Shown: positions 32,613 to 45,737 of the stretch, piece by piece
Layout: every line of letters starts with the position of its first letter
Position numbering within the stretch: the stretch's first letter is position 1
Assembly: GCA_025558095.1 (NCBI GenBank)
Contig: JAIVFI010000003.1
Coordinates: 310,001-374,000 of the forward strand
DNA: 64,000 nt
Direction of reading: 5' to 3'
Source of the DNA: Hyaloraphidium curvatum SAG 235-1
Taxonomy: Eukaryota; Fungi; Monoblepharomycota
Made by a program: the position numbers and the translations under genes
The notes under the pieces: generated by a model
What the model saw: the letters and a program-made list of their open reading frames with translations, nothing else
Told to the model about the DNA's origin: nothing
The model's database searches: none

Positions 32613-35600
32613 TCAGTTGGTCGGCGCGCCATCGCCCTCCACCCCCGTCACCTCCTCGCGCTCGGCCGGCGGCGGCGGCGGCGTCGGCGTGGGCGCGGCC
32701 GCGACAGCGTCGGGGAGCGGGTCCCCCCACTTCCTCCGCTCTCGCTCGGCCCGACGCGCCTCCCGGTCCAACCTGGTCTGCTCAGCCTTGCTGGAGCCGG
32801 GAGAGGGCGGCGCGTACGTCGCGGCGTACGGGTCCGACTTGGCTCCCCGGGGCACCCTCGGCTTGCTCGACTTCTCCGACCTAGGCGCCTTCACCGGCAC
32901 CGCAAAATCGTCCTCGCCGGCGGGAATCTGCGGCGGCGCGGGTATCCGGCCCTCGTTGACGTCCTTCTCGAACTGGATGCAGACTGGAACGAACGAGTTC
33001 AGCGGATGGCGCAAGGGGCGAAGCGCAGAACAGACGCACCGTCGCATTTGATGTAGTAGGCCTGCTTGACGTAGCCAAAGCCCCGGGCTTCGAGGTAAGG
33101 GTTCACGTCTCCGATGGGCTCGATCTTCTCCTCGTCAGGCAAGCAATCCTCGCACCAGGCGTGGGGGCACCCGACACAGCGGAAGAGCAGCCCTCCGGCA
33201 TCCTGCGAAAGGACACACGTCAGCATGGACGCACAAGCGGGGCGAGAAAACGCACCGTGGTGACCCTGCTGCACTCGCAGCACCGGTGCTGCGGGCACGT
33301 CCAGGTGATGAGCCGCGCGACGTCGTTCTTGGTCAGGTCCACACAGCGCGGGTGGTAGACCCGCGGGCAGCGGCTGCACAGCATGATGAGCCCGCCTTCC
33401 CTGCACGCGTAGCACTCCTCGTCGTATTGGAAGTTGCGCGCCGACGGCCTCTTGGATTGGTGAACCTTCGGAGGAGCAGAAGCCGACGTCATCGTCTTGA
33501 CCGCCTCCCACTCTCCGCAAGCGACCGTCTCCGCGAGAACCATGTGCCTAACCAAGGCCATCAGAGCCCGAAAGAACTTGGCTGCTCGAACAGAGACTCA
33601 CCCAGCAATCTTGACCGTACGCTCGGTCCGCGCCCTCTTCATCAAATCTTTCCACTCCTTGGCAACATCCGACTTCGTCGCCTTGTGCTCCTCGCCATCG
33701 AAGAAGCGAAGCCCAAAGTTCTCCGTGCTCTGGAAAATCTCGTTCTCGATGTCCTCGTCCGCCTTTTCCGACTCCACCGCAGCATTGATGGAATCCGCGT
33801 GCTGCTTGCTCTTCTCCAGGATCTCCTCTATGCTCGCCTTGAGGAAGTCCAGCGGGTTGGAGTTGTCCACGACCGAGCGCGATCCGGAGCGGATCATCGA
33901 GACGAGGTCGTTCCGCGTGAACTTGGGCTCCGTGGACGTCGAGTCCTGGCACTCCTCCGTGACCTTCAGACTCAGGTAGAGCTTCTTCAGCGTGCGGGAA
34001 AGGATGCGCTCCTCGACAGTGTCCTTCGTGACGAGGCGGTAGATGGTGACCGGCTTGGTCTGGCCGATGCGGTGGCAGCGGGCCATGGCCTGTACGTCGG
34101 CCTGCGGGTTCCAGTCCGAGTCGTAGAAAATGCAGGTATCGGCGCCGGTCAGGTTGATACCGAGGCCGCCGGCGCGGGTGGAGAGGAGGTAGACAAAGTT
34201 CTCGGACCCCTGCTTCTGGAAGAGCTTGATGTCCAGGTTGCGCTTCGCGCGGGAAGTCTGACCGTCCAGACGCGAGTACGAGTAACCGCGGAAGTTCAGG
34301 TAGTCCTCCAGAATGTCCAGCATCCGCGTGAAGCCGCTGAAGATGAGGCAGCGGTGCCCCTCCTTCTTGAGCTTCGGAAGCAGCTTGTCCAGGAGGATGA
34401 ACTTCGACGAAGCCAAGATGAGGTGCTCTCCGTTCTGGTACGGTTCCGGCTCGCTGCCGGGCAAAAGGTACGGGTGGTTGGTGACCTTGCGGAGCTGGAA
34501 CAGCAACCCCACTACACGGACGGAAGAGTTTTAGCAACGCAGATGTCGAAGAAGCTCCGGGCCCGACACCCACTGAGCTTTGTCCACTGCCTGTCCCCTC
34601 CAGCCTTCTTGACGAGCTCTTCCGCCTCGTCAAGGTGGAAAGCCGCAGCCATCTCGTTGTCCATTCCCGAGTTGCTGTTAGTCTCCCCTCCGACCGTCGA
34701 CGTGTCCTCCTCCGCCTCCGGCTTGGGCGACTTCGACTCGAAAATCTCCTTGAGCGTCAGGCTGTCGAGCTTGGTGATCATGCGTTTGTACCACCATTTC
34801 TGGCGACGGGCAGGCGTCAGGACTGCAACTCCAACAGCAAGTTCGAAGCGCCTCACCTGCATCGGGGTGAGCGGCAGGTAGATGTTCATCTCCGATTTGG
34901 TCGGGATGTTAAGGTCAACCTGGCTCTTGAGACGCCGCAGCATGAACCGCTCCAGCAGGTTCCTCGCGGCGTCCATGATCTGCGTGTCGAGCACTCCGCG
35001 CGTGATGTTGAAGCCCTCCTCAAACACCTTCGACGTGTTCTCGGTGAAAACGTCAGGCATGAGCCAGTGCAGGAGGGACCAAAGCTCGCGGAGGTTGTTT
35101 TGCAGCGGCGTCCCCGTGAGCAGAAGGCGGTTCTGCGCCGAGAGCGTCTGCACCGCGAGCCCCAGCTGGGTCTGCTCGTTCTTGATGCGGTGACCTTCGT
35201 CGATGATGACGTAGCGGTACGTGAAGCGGTGCTTGAACCACGCCTCCTCGCAGATCATCATCTCGTACGTCGTCACGATCACATCGTAGGGCTCCTTCTG
35301 GGACTGCGCGATGGCCTTAAGGCGCGCACGCTCCTTGGCCACACCGTGGAAACGGAGAGCCTTGAGCGTGGGCGTGAACCTCTTGATTTCCCGGATCCAG
35401 GACTCGAGGACGCTGAGCGGAGCAATGATGAGGTGCGGACCGCCCTTGCCGAGGGTTTTCAGGTGCGCAAGCAAGCTCAAAGTTTGCACGGTCTTGCCTG
35501 GAAATGGAGGAAACTCAGCCCGCAATGACGACGAGATGCCGGAGAACCCACCGAGCCCCATTTCGTCGCCAAGGATTCCGTTCACGCCGTTCTCGTACAT

Positions 35601-36301
35601 GTTGTAAAGCCAGCTAAGTCCGTGCAGCTGGTAATCCTTCCTGCAATGCGACGACCGATTCGCGTCAGCAACCAGGGGGGCCGGGGGGTACAAGAGTACC
35701 AACAGGGTCACGGTCAGGCAAGATGGCTGTTCCGTCATCGGCTTGAAGGGAATGATCTTGCCCTTCGCGATGCTGGGATCCGAACCGAGAAGATCGATCT
35801 TGTTGTTGGGACCGAGAAACAAGGAGAAGAGATTGCCTGCAGTGCCGGGGAATCGCGCGTGAGTTGTAGCCGCGGAGGAGGTCCGCCACGCGACCCACGG
35901 TGCTGGTACAAGAAGACTTCGCGCCGGTGCTTCGTCGACGCCTTGTCGCGGCGCAGCTGGTTGTTGTTGTCGACGATGCTCTGCCCGGCGCGCACGGGCT
36001 TGGCGACGGGGACCGGGGGAAGGGGGAGGGGAAGCGGGAGCGGCATTGGGACCGCGAAAGATTGGCCCCCGGCCGGCCCGGCCAGCGGCGCGAGCACGGC
36101 CGCGGCGGCCTTCTCGTCATCGTCGACGACCGTCGTCGAGCCCTCGTCCGATTTGCGGTCCGCTGCCTCGCCCTCTTCGAGCTTGAGCCGCTTCTGCGCC
36201 GGGCCGGGAAAGGCGGGCCCGCCGCCGTCCGCTGCGTGCTCCCCGGGGCTCTGCCGTTTCAGCCGGGCCGCGGGGTCGGACGCGCCGTCGTCGGCAAGCA
36301 T
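32613..36301 (-). CDS. SNF2-family chromatin-remodelling ATPase with C-terminal PHD-like/Cys-His fingers (multi-exon)
   Basis: YQLHGLSWL, ILGDEMGLGKT, IIDEGHRIKN, LLTGTPLQNNLRELW, STRAGGLGINL and QAMARCHRIGQ; then CYAC..CSRCPRVYH..C and WTCPQHRCCEC..CVGCPHAWCEDC. Confidence 0.92.
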
Positions 36302-36414
36302 TCTGCGAGTGCTTTCTCGCGACGCCGGAGCGCGCGAAGGGCTCGGTAGCTGGCAATGAAATTGGATGAAAAGACTCGCGCGCTCCGATTTCACAGCTGG
36401 CGACTCCACCCAAG

Positions 36415-37642
36415 ATGGCCAACTCCGCGCAGCTGGCCGAGGCGCAGGCCCTGTACCAGCAGCTGGCAAAGGAGATCGCGTTGCCGAACGCGGATCTCAA
36501 GAAATGCGGGTCGCTGCTGGCCAAGCTCAAGGTCCGGCGCGCCGTCGCGTCCGGTCGCGAAACGGGCCTCACCCGGCACAATCGCAGATAGCCTTGACCC
36601 AGCTGTCGTTCCTGGTTCCGGCGGAGGCAGCACCTGACCCTGCAAGCTTGGCATTGGCACGTGAGGATCGCCGGGGCTCCTCGGTTCAGTCGGACGGCAC
36701 CTTGACGCGGCCATTCCCGCTTCGACGCGCCCTTCTAGGCGACGTGCTGGAGATCGGGGCGCAGTACAGCATTCGCGTCAAGGATATTCCGGCGTTTGAG
36801 CGCTACGTCTCGCAGCTCAAGACCTACCACAACGACTACACGTGAGCTCTCTCCTTGTTCCCTCACCGTCGCCGGCTCATTTCTGCCGTTTCGACCACGT
36901 TCGGCCGCCGCCAGCAACATCCTCCCTCCCTCCTCCCGCATGTACCCCATCATCGGCCTCAACCTCCTCCGCCTCCTCGCGCAGAACCGGATCTCTGACT
37001 TCCACACGGAGCTGGAGACCATCGACCCGGAGCAGCTCCAGTCGAACATCTACATTCAACACCCCGTCGAAGTGGAGCAGTGCCTGATGGAGGGTTCCTA
37101 CAACAAAGTGTGGAACTCGCGGCAGAATGTGCCGACGGAGGACTACCTGCTCTTTATGGACATCTTGATGGACACGATAAGGTCGGGTCTCCAGGGGGAC
37201 GTCGTTCTTGCTGGGTTTCGGGTGGCATGATTTCAATCGTGGTGTTGCTCCGTCGCCGTGGTGGAACGCGGGCCGCGTTTCCGGATCCGATTCCTCGTGG
37301 TTTTCGTCGTGGATGGATTCTGACCGTGGGCCACCCGGATCCAGGAGCGAGATTGCAGACTGCAGCGAGAAAGCATATACCAGCCTGCCGCTTTCGGACG
37401 CCGCAACACTCCTGCACTTCAAGACCAATGACGAGGTCCTGGCCTTTGCCAAGGAGGTGCGAAGACTCCGCCCCAGTCTGGCCATAGATCTCACCCAGCA
37501 ACCACAGCGGGATTGGAAGGTGGACCCTGCGACGAAAAAGATCCACTTTGCCACTGCGGACTCGAGCCTCACGGATATACCCCGGGATAAGATCGTGTCG
37601 ATGATGATCTCCTACGCAAAAGAGCTGGAACGGATCGTGTAA
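36415..37642 (+). CDS. RPN12: 26S proteasome lid subunit Rpn12/PSMD8 (multi-exon)
   Basis: [55 protein letters not shown] and [10 protein letters not shown]. Confidence 0.96.
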
Positions 37643-37782
37643 GCTTCGGCCCGTCCCAATGCTGCAATAGAGCCGTTGTATGCGGCAGAATATGCTCCTT
37701 GCTTTCCATCAGGGGTCGTAGATCTGGCGGACGCGCGAGAAGCTTTCAAGCCAGCTCCCGCTCCACCACAACCACACAAACC

Positions 37783-40700
37783 ATGGAGGCGCCTCCCCCC
37801 GGCGGCCCCTCAGATGGGCCATCGGGGCCACGGACAAATGGTCCGAGGACCAGTGGCCCACGTCGGCCCCGACCTCGGAACGATGGCGCGATGCCGACAC
37901 ACGCCGAAGCCTCTGGCCACCCCGGGCCTCGCCGTGCTCCCCGGCCCCCGTCGGAACCTTTGGAGCCCGGATCTGAACATCGGGGAGCTGGAAACAGCGG
38001 CTTTCGACGATCCAGGGGTGCGGCGCGGCCCAACGGGCCGGCATCGAGGCCCGAGGTCGCGGGAAACTCCGGCGGACCTCCCGTGGAAGCTGTTTCGGCA
38101 GAGCCGGGCCTGGCTCGGGGAAACGGACCGTCGCGGAAAGCTTTCGAACCGAAACTCGGGGCGAACGGGCATCCTCGGAAACCTCCGGCCTCGGGGGAAC
38201 CTCGAAAAGCTCCGGACGCCAGGCCGCCGTCCGGCGGACGTCCGTCAGGCCGCGGGGGAAAGCGGCTCCTGCCCGTCTCGGAGCGTCCGGATGCCGACGA
38301 TCTCATGACCAAACTCGTACGCGGGCTGACGACCGGGACGTATGAGTGCTACATCGTGGGTTGCCTCGGTGTGCTTTCGGACTTCGTTGACTTTGGCCCA
38401 CCTTCGCAGTGCTACTCCAACGTCGCTCCCGCGCACCAGACTTGGGCGTGCAGCAACTGCTTCGCGGTTTTCCACCTCAACTGCATCAGCCAGTGGGCTC
38501 GGAAGTCGATGCCGGAACCAGGTCGCGGCGTCCCGGGAGCACCCGGCGCCACCGCGGGGTTCCGCTGCCCCGGGTGCAATTTCTCCCACACGCAGATGCC
38601 TTCGGAGTACAGGTGCATGTGCGGAAAGACGGTCGATCCGCCGCAAGATCGGAACGTCACACCGCATTGCTGCGGCTCGCTTTGTCTGGGTCAGCGGCCA
38701 GAGGGGTGCGTGCACGAATGTCTCCATCCTTGTCATCCCGGACCGCACCCGCCTTGCTCCCAGACGATACACGTCCCGTGTCACTGCGGGAAAGCGGGTT
38801 TCACTCTTCGTTGCGGGTCGGGTGGACGTCAGATTTCTTGCGGTCAGGTGTGCGGAAAGCTGCTTGGATGCGGTAGCCATTCGTGCGAGGCTGTTTGCCA
38901 TGCCGGACCGTGCGAACCGTGCGCTGTCAGCACGGACGTATCTTGCTGGTGCGGGAAGGAGTCCAAGAACGTGGCGTGCGGGAGCAAGGATCAGCCTCTC
39001 GATGGGTTCAGCTGCCAGCAGGTCTGCGACCATGCTTTCGGTTGCCCCGGCCACCACAAATGCGAGAGGATCTGCCACCCGGACGCTCATCCGGCAGGCC
39101 AGGTCTGCCCCTTCGATCCATCGGTCATCTCCACGTGCCCGTGCGGGAAAAACCGCCTTGAAGCGGAGGCGCGCGAGACCTGCTTGGACGAGATCCTGAC
39201 GTGCGGAGAACGGTGCGACAAGGAGTTGCCGTGCGGTCATCGCTGTCGCAGCGCTTGTCACCTCGGGGAGTGTGCGCGGTGCGATGAGCCTTTGACCGTG
39301 GCCTGCCAATGCGGGGAGAACACCATGACGGTCGTTTGCGGCGAAGTCGAACGGAAGAACGGCGAGCTCGTTCCTCCGACGTGCGAGAAGGTGTGCCGAG
39401 TTTTGAGGTCGTGCAAGAAGCACCAATGCGGCAGGAAATGCTGTCCCGTGGGGAGCAAGAAGACGCCGGACGACCCCGATGGTCTTCATGTTTGCGCGCT
39501 CGTCTGCGGGAAGCCCCTGAAATGCGGCAATCACACTTGCGAGGAGCTGTGCCACCGCGGATTCTGCCCTCCATGTGCGTACCCTGCATCATCCGTACTT
39601 TGACCCTTCTAACCATCGTCACCGGGAAACAGGCCTGAGTGCCTCGTTCGAGGACCTCTCGTGCCATTGTGGGCGCACCGTCCTCTTTCCGCCCATTCCT
39701 TGCGGGGCCAAGCCGCCTCGGTGCCGCCACAACTGCATTCGGCAGCGCGATTGCGGTCACCCCATGCAGGAGCACGAGTGCCACAACGACTCGGTCTCTT
39801 GCCCGCCCTGCGTCGTGCTTGTGGAAAAACCGTGCGTCTGCGAGCGCAAGGTGTTCAAGCAGGCCTGCTACAAGACGACGGGCGGCGTCTCTTGCGGCGA
39901 CCGGTGTCCGGAGATCATGGTCTGCGGCCATCGCTGCCCGGCCGTCTGCCATCAGCACGACATCGACTCGGAGCGGGGCTCGTGCACGGAAAAGTGCGGC
40001 ACTCCCAGGCCTGTGTGTCTCCATCCCTGCGGGCAGCCGTGCCACGTTGGCTCGGCGTGCGATACGACGGTACCCTGCCAGCACCCGATGAAGCAAACCT
40101 GCAAGTGCGGGAACCGGGTGCAGCTGGGCGTATGCGGACAGGTTTCCAAGGTGGCGCCGCCGCCTACTGCCGGGGACTCGTACGTGAGCTTCTTCAACAA
40201 GCCCACGGCGCCGGCGGCACCGCCTTCGCCACCCGAGGCCTCGCAGACCCGAGCCTGGCGTATTTTCCTCCCCTGCGACGCATCGTGCGAAGTTGCCGAA
40301 CGCAATAAGCGGTTGGCTGACGCGCTCGAGATCGATCCAAAGGCGCCCCGGATACCAGCATCGGACGATGCGGGCATCGACTATCCGGAACAGATGCTCC
40401 TTTTCGCGAAAGCGAACCCCACTTTCGTGAAACCGCTCGAAAAGGAGTTCGAAAGCCTTATCCTCGACCGAACGCGAAAGTCGACACGGATGCTCAACCA
40501 CGCCCGCAAGACCCACCTGGCCTTTGCGCAGCGGCTGGCGGCACAGTTCTACGATCTGGACAGCGAGATTGAGGACGCCAACACGCAGAGCCCCGGGCTG
40601 TTTCTCAAGAAGCGCCCAACTTCGCGCATTCCCGCGACGCTCGTCTCCGAGGCCGCCAACATGCCCAAGAAGGTGCGGTCCGCGAAGCCGGCAGCGGTGG

Positions 40701-41200
40701 CGAGCCAAGGCACGATGGCAGTAAACGCTCTGCACCTGGTCAACGTTGCTTGGGGCATGGACTCGCGATCGATTGCGATTTTGCTCGAGCCTCTATTCGG
40801 CACTTCGTTCGGCAAGCCCGTTATCCACTGGAACGGCGAGGACGACCTGATCGTGGCCGTCAAGACGCTCTCGCCCGCGGAACCCGCTCAGGTCGAGCAG
40901 TTTCTTCGGCAGATCCGGACGAGCGTTGCCGAGAAGTTTGTCAGCAACGGGTGGGCCAAGGCCGTCAATCTCTGCTGGGTGGATCGCACGCTCAAGATTC
41001 GCGGGGAAGAGGGCGCCCAACCGAAGGTGGAGGAGGAAAAGGCGGCGCCACCGGAAGCCCAACCGCAGCCGATGATCGGGACCAAGAACGCGTTCGACGC
41101 CTTGGCGAAGCCGGCGCCGGCTGGTGGCTGGGACGACGGAGCTGGAGACGCTGGAGAGGAGAACTCGACGGTGGATACTTGGGAGGCTCTTGCGGATTGA
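37783..41200 (+). CDS. NF-X1-type zinc-finger protein with R3H-like domain (NFX1/FAP1)
   Basis: YEC.IC..WACSNCFAVFHLNCISQWA..RCPGC (RING) and many CGKLLGCGSHSCEAVCHAGPC repeats; RNKRLADALEI; two introns. Confidence 0.92.
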
Positions 41201-41780
41201 GCGTTGCGGAAGCTACCTGTCTTGTACTTCCTGGCGAGGAAGAGACGGTTAGACTCCGTAATATCGGCTTCGTCCAGTCCGCCGCTGCATTGGCGTACTC
41301 TCAGCGACAGAAAGGCTCTTCACGTTTTGCTCTGAAGTCTAACAAATAGTCGAGCATCCTGGAATCCGATTCCTCCACCGTGGTTTGGATCCTCACCTCA
41401 CCGTGAATGACGCTTCAAAGTCTGGTGCGATTTCGCTTCCTCATATGTTGTAGACGAACGACACGAATCGAATCCGTCAACGACCGTGGAAAGCATACGT
41501 TCTAGGCCACAGTTTGACTCTCGGGACTACCAGTAGAAGTCCCAAGAGCTTCGATTGGGCCAAGTTGCGCCAAGTTGTGGAGGGTGCATCGGACGAGGGC
41601 GTGGCTCGGCGCTGCCAGGAACGCAGCAGACGTGCCTGAACTCTTGTATTGCTGTAAATGACATGGCGCCCGAGGCGTCTCTCGGCACGATGCGGGGTCC
41701 TGGTTGGAAGAAACAAACTGTGCGGGGCGCTCACGCTTACATCACGCGAGGCCCAAGACCACCGCCGAAGCTCGAGAGCC

Positions 41781-43584
41781 ATGGAGCAGCACGACGACAA
41801 TGACCCCATGGAAAGCCTTCGCAAGGCGGTCGAAGAGCTGGACATGCTTGCTCGGGCGCCGCTCGACGGCGGAGGGCTGGTCGTCGCAGCCGCGGTCCTT
41901 GCAGGGAACGGGAACGCGTCGGACTCCGCGGACCGCGGCTCCAACGCCAGCGCAGCTTCTCCGCGCGTCGAGGAAAAGCCGAGTTTGGCGGACCTCGGAC
42001 CCGCCACACCCGATGAGACGGCCGGCGTCCCCCCACGGGACGCAGAGCCCAACGGATCAACCTCGGTCGGCGACACGTCGCTGCTGGCACCGACAACGCC
42101 AGGACGTCCCTCTGCGCTGGAAGGTGCCGGAGAGACGGCTCCTGTAGCTCCACTGCCTGTCGTTTCGACTCCCACGCCGGCCGGTAGCACCGCCCTGCCT
42201 TCCCTCGGAGATTCTCCGGCACCGGCCTCCGTTTCGCCAGCTTTGCCGGCACAGAAGCCGCGGAGGGGCAGAGGAGCAAAGAGCCCGGTTCGGAGCACCG
42301 TCGAGGAATCTGTGTCGCCTGCGCGCTCGATGCGGTCTTCAGGCCCTCCCCCTCCCATCGTTGCGGAAAAGATCAAAATCGGCACCGGTTGCGGCCTCGT
42401 CACGCACAAGGACATGGAGCTTCACACCAGCGGGGTTACCTCGGACCCGAATCATCCCGAGAGCCCGCTGCGCATAATTGCCATCATGGCCGAGCTGACG
42501 AAAACGGGACTGGCCGCGCGTTGCACCACCGTTCCGCCTAGGAAAGCCACTGAGCAGGAAATCCGGGCCTGCCATCACGGACCTTACGTGGACTTGCTCC
42601 TGACCATTCCGACGATGGACAGTGCGATGCTCTTTGCCACCGCGCACTCATACAACTCTGTTTACTTGAACAACCAGTCGCTCGATGCGGCCCTGTGGAG
42701 CGCGGGATGCGTGGCGCAGATGGCCGAGCACGTCTGGACGGGCAAAATCCGCAACGGGTTTGCCGTGGTCCGACCGCCCGGCCACCACGCCGAATCGCAC
42801 CAGGCGATGGGCTTCTGTCTTTTGGACAACGTCGCGATTGCCGCTCGCATGCTCATCCAGAAGTTCAAGGTGGCACGCATTCTAATCATCGATTGGGACG
42901 TCCACCACGGGAACGGCATCCAGCAGCTGTTCTATTCCGACCCGCAGGTCCTGTACGTTTCCCTGCACCGGTTTGACAACGGCACTTTCTTTCCTGTCGG
43001 CCGCGGCGGCGCACCGGAGAGGATCGGAGAGGGCAAGGGCCTCGGCAGAAACATGAACATCGGATGGCCGTCGGCAGGAATGAAGGATGGAGACTACCTC
43101 TACGCGTTCACGGAGCTCATCATGCCGGTTGCGTACGAGTTCGATCCGGACATCGTCATCGTTGCTTCCGGGTTTGGTGAGCATCCTGTTGCATGCTTAG
43201 CGGAGATCTGGCACTCATCGTCTGTCCCCTTGCGCAGACGCCGCCGAGGGCGATCCTCTGGGCGGCTGCCACGTCAGTCCGGCTGGTTACCACCAGTTGA
43301 CGCATCTTCTCTCGGGCCTGGCGCAGGGCAAGCTCGTGGTCGCGCTGGAGGGCGGATACAACGTCAAGAGCATCTCGAGGTCGGCTGCGGCAGTGTGCTC
43401 GGCCCTGCTTGGGGACCCGGCGCCGAGGCTCGCGGGACCCTCGGTGCCGTCCAAGGGTGGGATGCGGGCGGTGGAGGACACGATGCGGTGCCTGGCGCCG
43501 TACTGGAAGTGCTTGAAGGGCAAGGTGCCGGCGGGTGGGGCGTCTCTCGAGGACGCATTCGGAGGGCTCGGGATCTCGTCCTAG
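41781..43584 (+). CDS. Class II histone deacetylase (Hda1/HDAC6-like)
   Basis: HPESPLRI, RPPGHHAE, MGFC..NVA, DWDVHHGNG, SLHR, ASGF|DAAEGDPLGGC and LEGGY. Confidence 0.95.
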
Positions 43585-43730
43585 GTTGATTCCGCGTGAT
43601 GACTTCGTTTCATTTTGTCATGGGTTTACACTGAGAGAATCGCTGCGTGGGAGGGAAGGTATTTGAAGCGCTCCCCGAACCCCCCCCCCGCCCGCCTCGA
43701 AACACGCCGAACAGAAGTCGGCGGATCCTT

Positions 43731-45517
43731 ATGGCGCTGGCCCCGGAACGCGTCCGGGCCTATTGTAAGAAGGAGATCCGCATCCTGCGCAAGGAGACGG
43801 CCACCGTCGACCGCCACGCGGCCGGCGATGCGCAGCACGGGGAAAGCGGGACCGGGGCCCCCGCCGACGGCCCGGCCGTGCCGAGGCAGCGGGTTGGCCC
43901 GTTTCCGCGTGCGTTCGCGTCGATGATCGACAGCAATCTCGATGAGCATCACTGTGGGCATTTCGGGTGCCTTTATGGGGTGCGAGCCGCTGACGCGAGG
44001 TGCAGACTCGATGGCCGTCACCCTCCTGGAGTGCACCATGTCCGAGCAATGGTACCCCCAGTGGTGTGTCCCGCCAACCTTATCTTTCTGCATGCAGTCT
44101 TAAGGGCCCCGTTTCAGGTACCTCGTGGGCCCGCTGCTCTACCTCCGACCCTCGGCGGCCAACAACGTCGACTTTGAAACCGTCCTCCTCGCCTTCCTCG
44201 CCGTGCGCAACGTCGCCACGTGTCATCCTCCGCGGACGGTTTTCCGGGATCCCGCAGAGCTTTCTCGCGCCGAGGCCGAGGAGGACGGGTCGCGGGCGTG
44301 CCTCGCCAACACGCTTCGGATCTGGGACATTGTCGACGAGGTCATTTCCATGCTGAGGGAGAAGCCGAACCAGCCGACGCCGGTCAAGCCGAGGGTCAGA
44401 AGGAGGAAGAGGGCGTCGTCGGACAACAGCTCGGACGACGACCTGCCGATACCCAAGCCGCGGGACTACTTTGCCGAGCGGCCGAAGGAGGCGGAGTTGA
44501 CGGACGAGATCCGGAGGGAGCTGGCCCGCTGCATCCTGCAGACTCTCGTCTTCATCCTTCAGCGGGATATCGTGACGCAGGAGGGTGGGATATCATTTTG
44601 CTTCCTACCTCGGCTCCTCGCTGAACATGCATTCAGCCGACGTCCGAGAAACCTTCCTCTACCGCTCCTTCAAGCAAGTCGAAAACATATCTCGTCGCGC
44701 TGGTGCCGCCCTCTCCGAGCTCCTCCGGTTAGGTGCGGGCGACGACGAGTCGCCCCAGACCCTCAAGCTTGCGCTGGAGTTCGTTGGCTTGGTAGGACCT
44801 AGGCTTTACATCACCGACGTAGGCTTACCTTGTTCAGATTGGCCTGGTTTCGGACCTTGCGCCCATCCGCGACTTCCCGGACCTCCTCTCCCGCGAGCTG
44901 ACATCTTGCGATACCGAATTCCTGGAGCTCATCTTTGACGTGGGTTGCACGGCGCCAGGTCAGCTGTGCAGCGGCAGCTCACGCCCCTTCAGATGATGCC
45001 GTCGCCCTCGCTGCGCCTCCGCATCACGCGTGATATCGTCCTTTCGGAATTCTCCCTCCCCCGCAGCCCGGACATGCTATGCCCAGCCTCGGACTTTGTC
45101 CGCACCTTCCTCCTCGCCTCCCCCACCAAGAAGCGCCTGCGGGACGGCGCGCAGTGGCGCCGCCTGGCGCGGCTTCTCTCGGACATGGCCCGCGGGATCA
45201 TGGTGCTCTACGGCCCCGAACCGCCCGAGGACGCGGTGCGGGCGATGCGGGACGAGCTGCCGCGGGCGGCGGCGGCGATGCGGCGGCGGATGGAGGCGGA
45301 GGCGGACACGGGCAAGGCGAGGAGGTCGCTGCGGAGGCCGGCGAGCGACACCAGCGGGACCGAGGCCGAGGACGCCGAGGCGGAGGCGTACGTCGATTTC
45401 CTGGGGGGTATGTGGCAGGTGCTCATGGAACCGTGGGAGAGCGACGAGGGTGAGGACGGTGAGCAGGGACGGGAGCCGAGGGAGGAGATGCATGTGCAGG
45501 GTGAAGAAGAGGTCTAA
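43731..45517 (+). CDS. Hypothetical multi-exon helical protein
   Basis: Chain of coding-like ORF segments (43731-43908, 44125-44585, 44636-44820, 44990-45517) bounded by GT/AG sites. Confidence 0.6.
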
Positions 45518-45737
45518 TGCACACACGGTTGAAGAAGAGACTGAGGCGTCATCTGATGCCACTGCGGCCCATGGGGCGCGCAATAAGATCCGCTGGAGGT
45601 CTGAAGGACCGGGTATCGCATGTCCTGATGCTGCGTTGCTCGGCACGAATGCCGCTCGCACGCCGTCAAAACTGGTAGCCGGGGTATCGCAAGTCCGCAA
45701 GATTGCTGTCCACCAAGAAGCCGTCGGGTGCAGGCCA

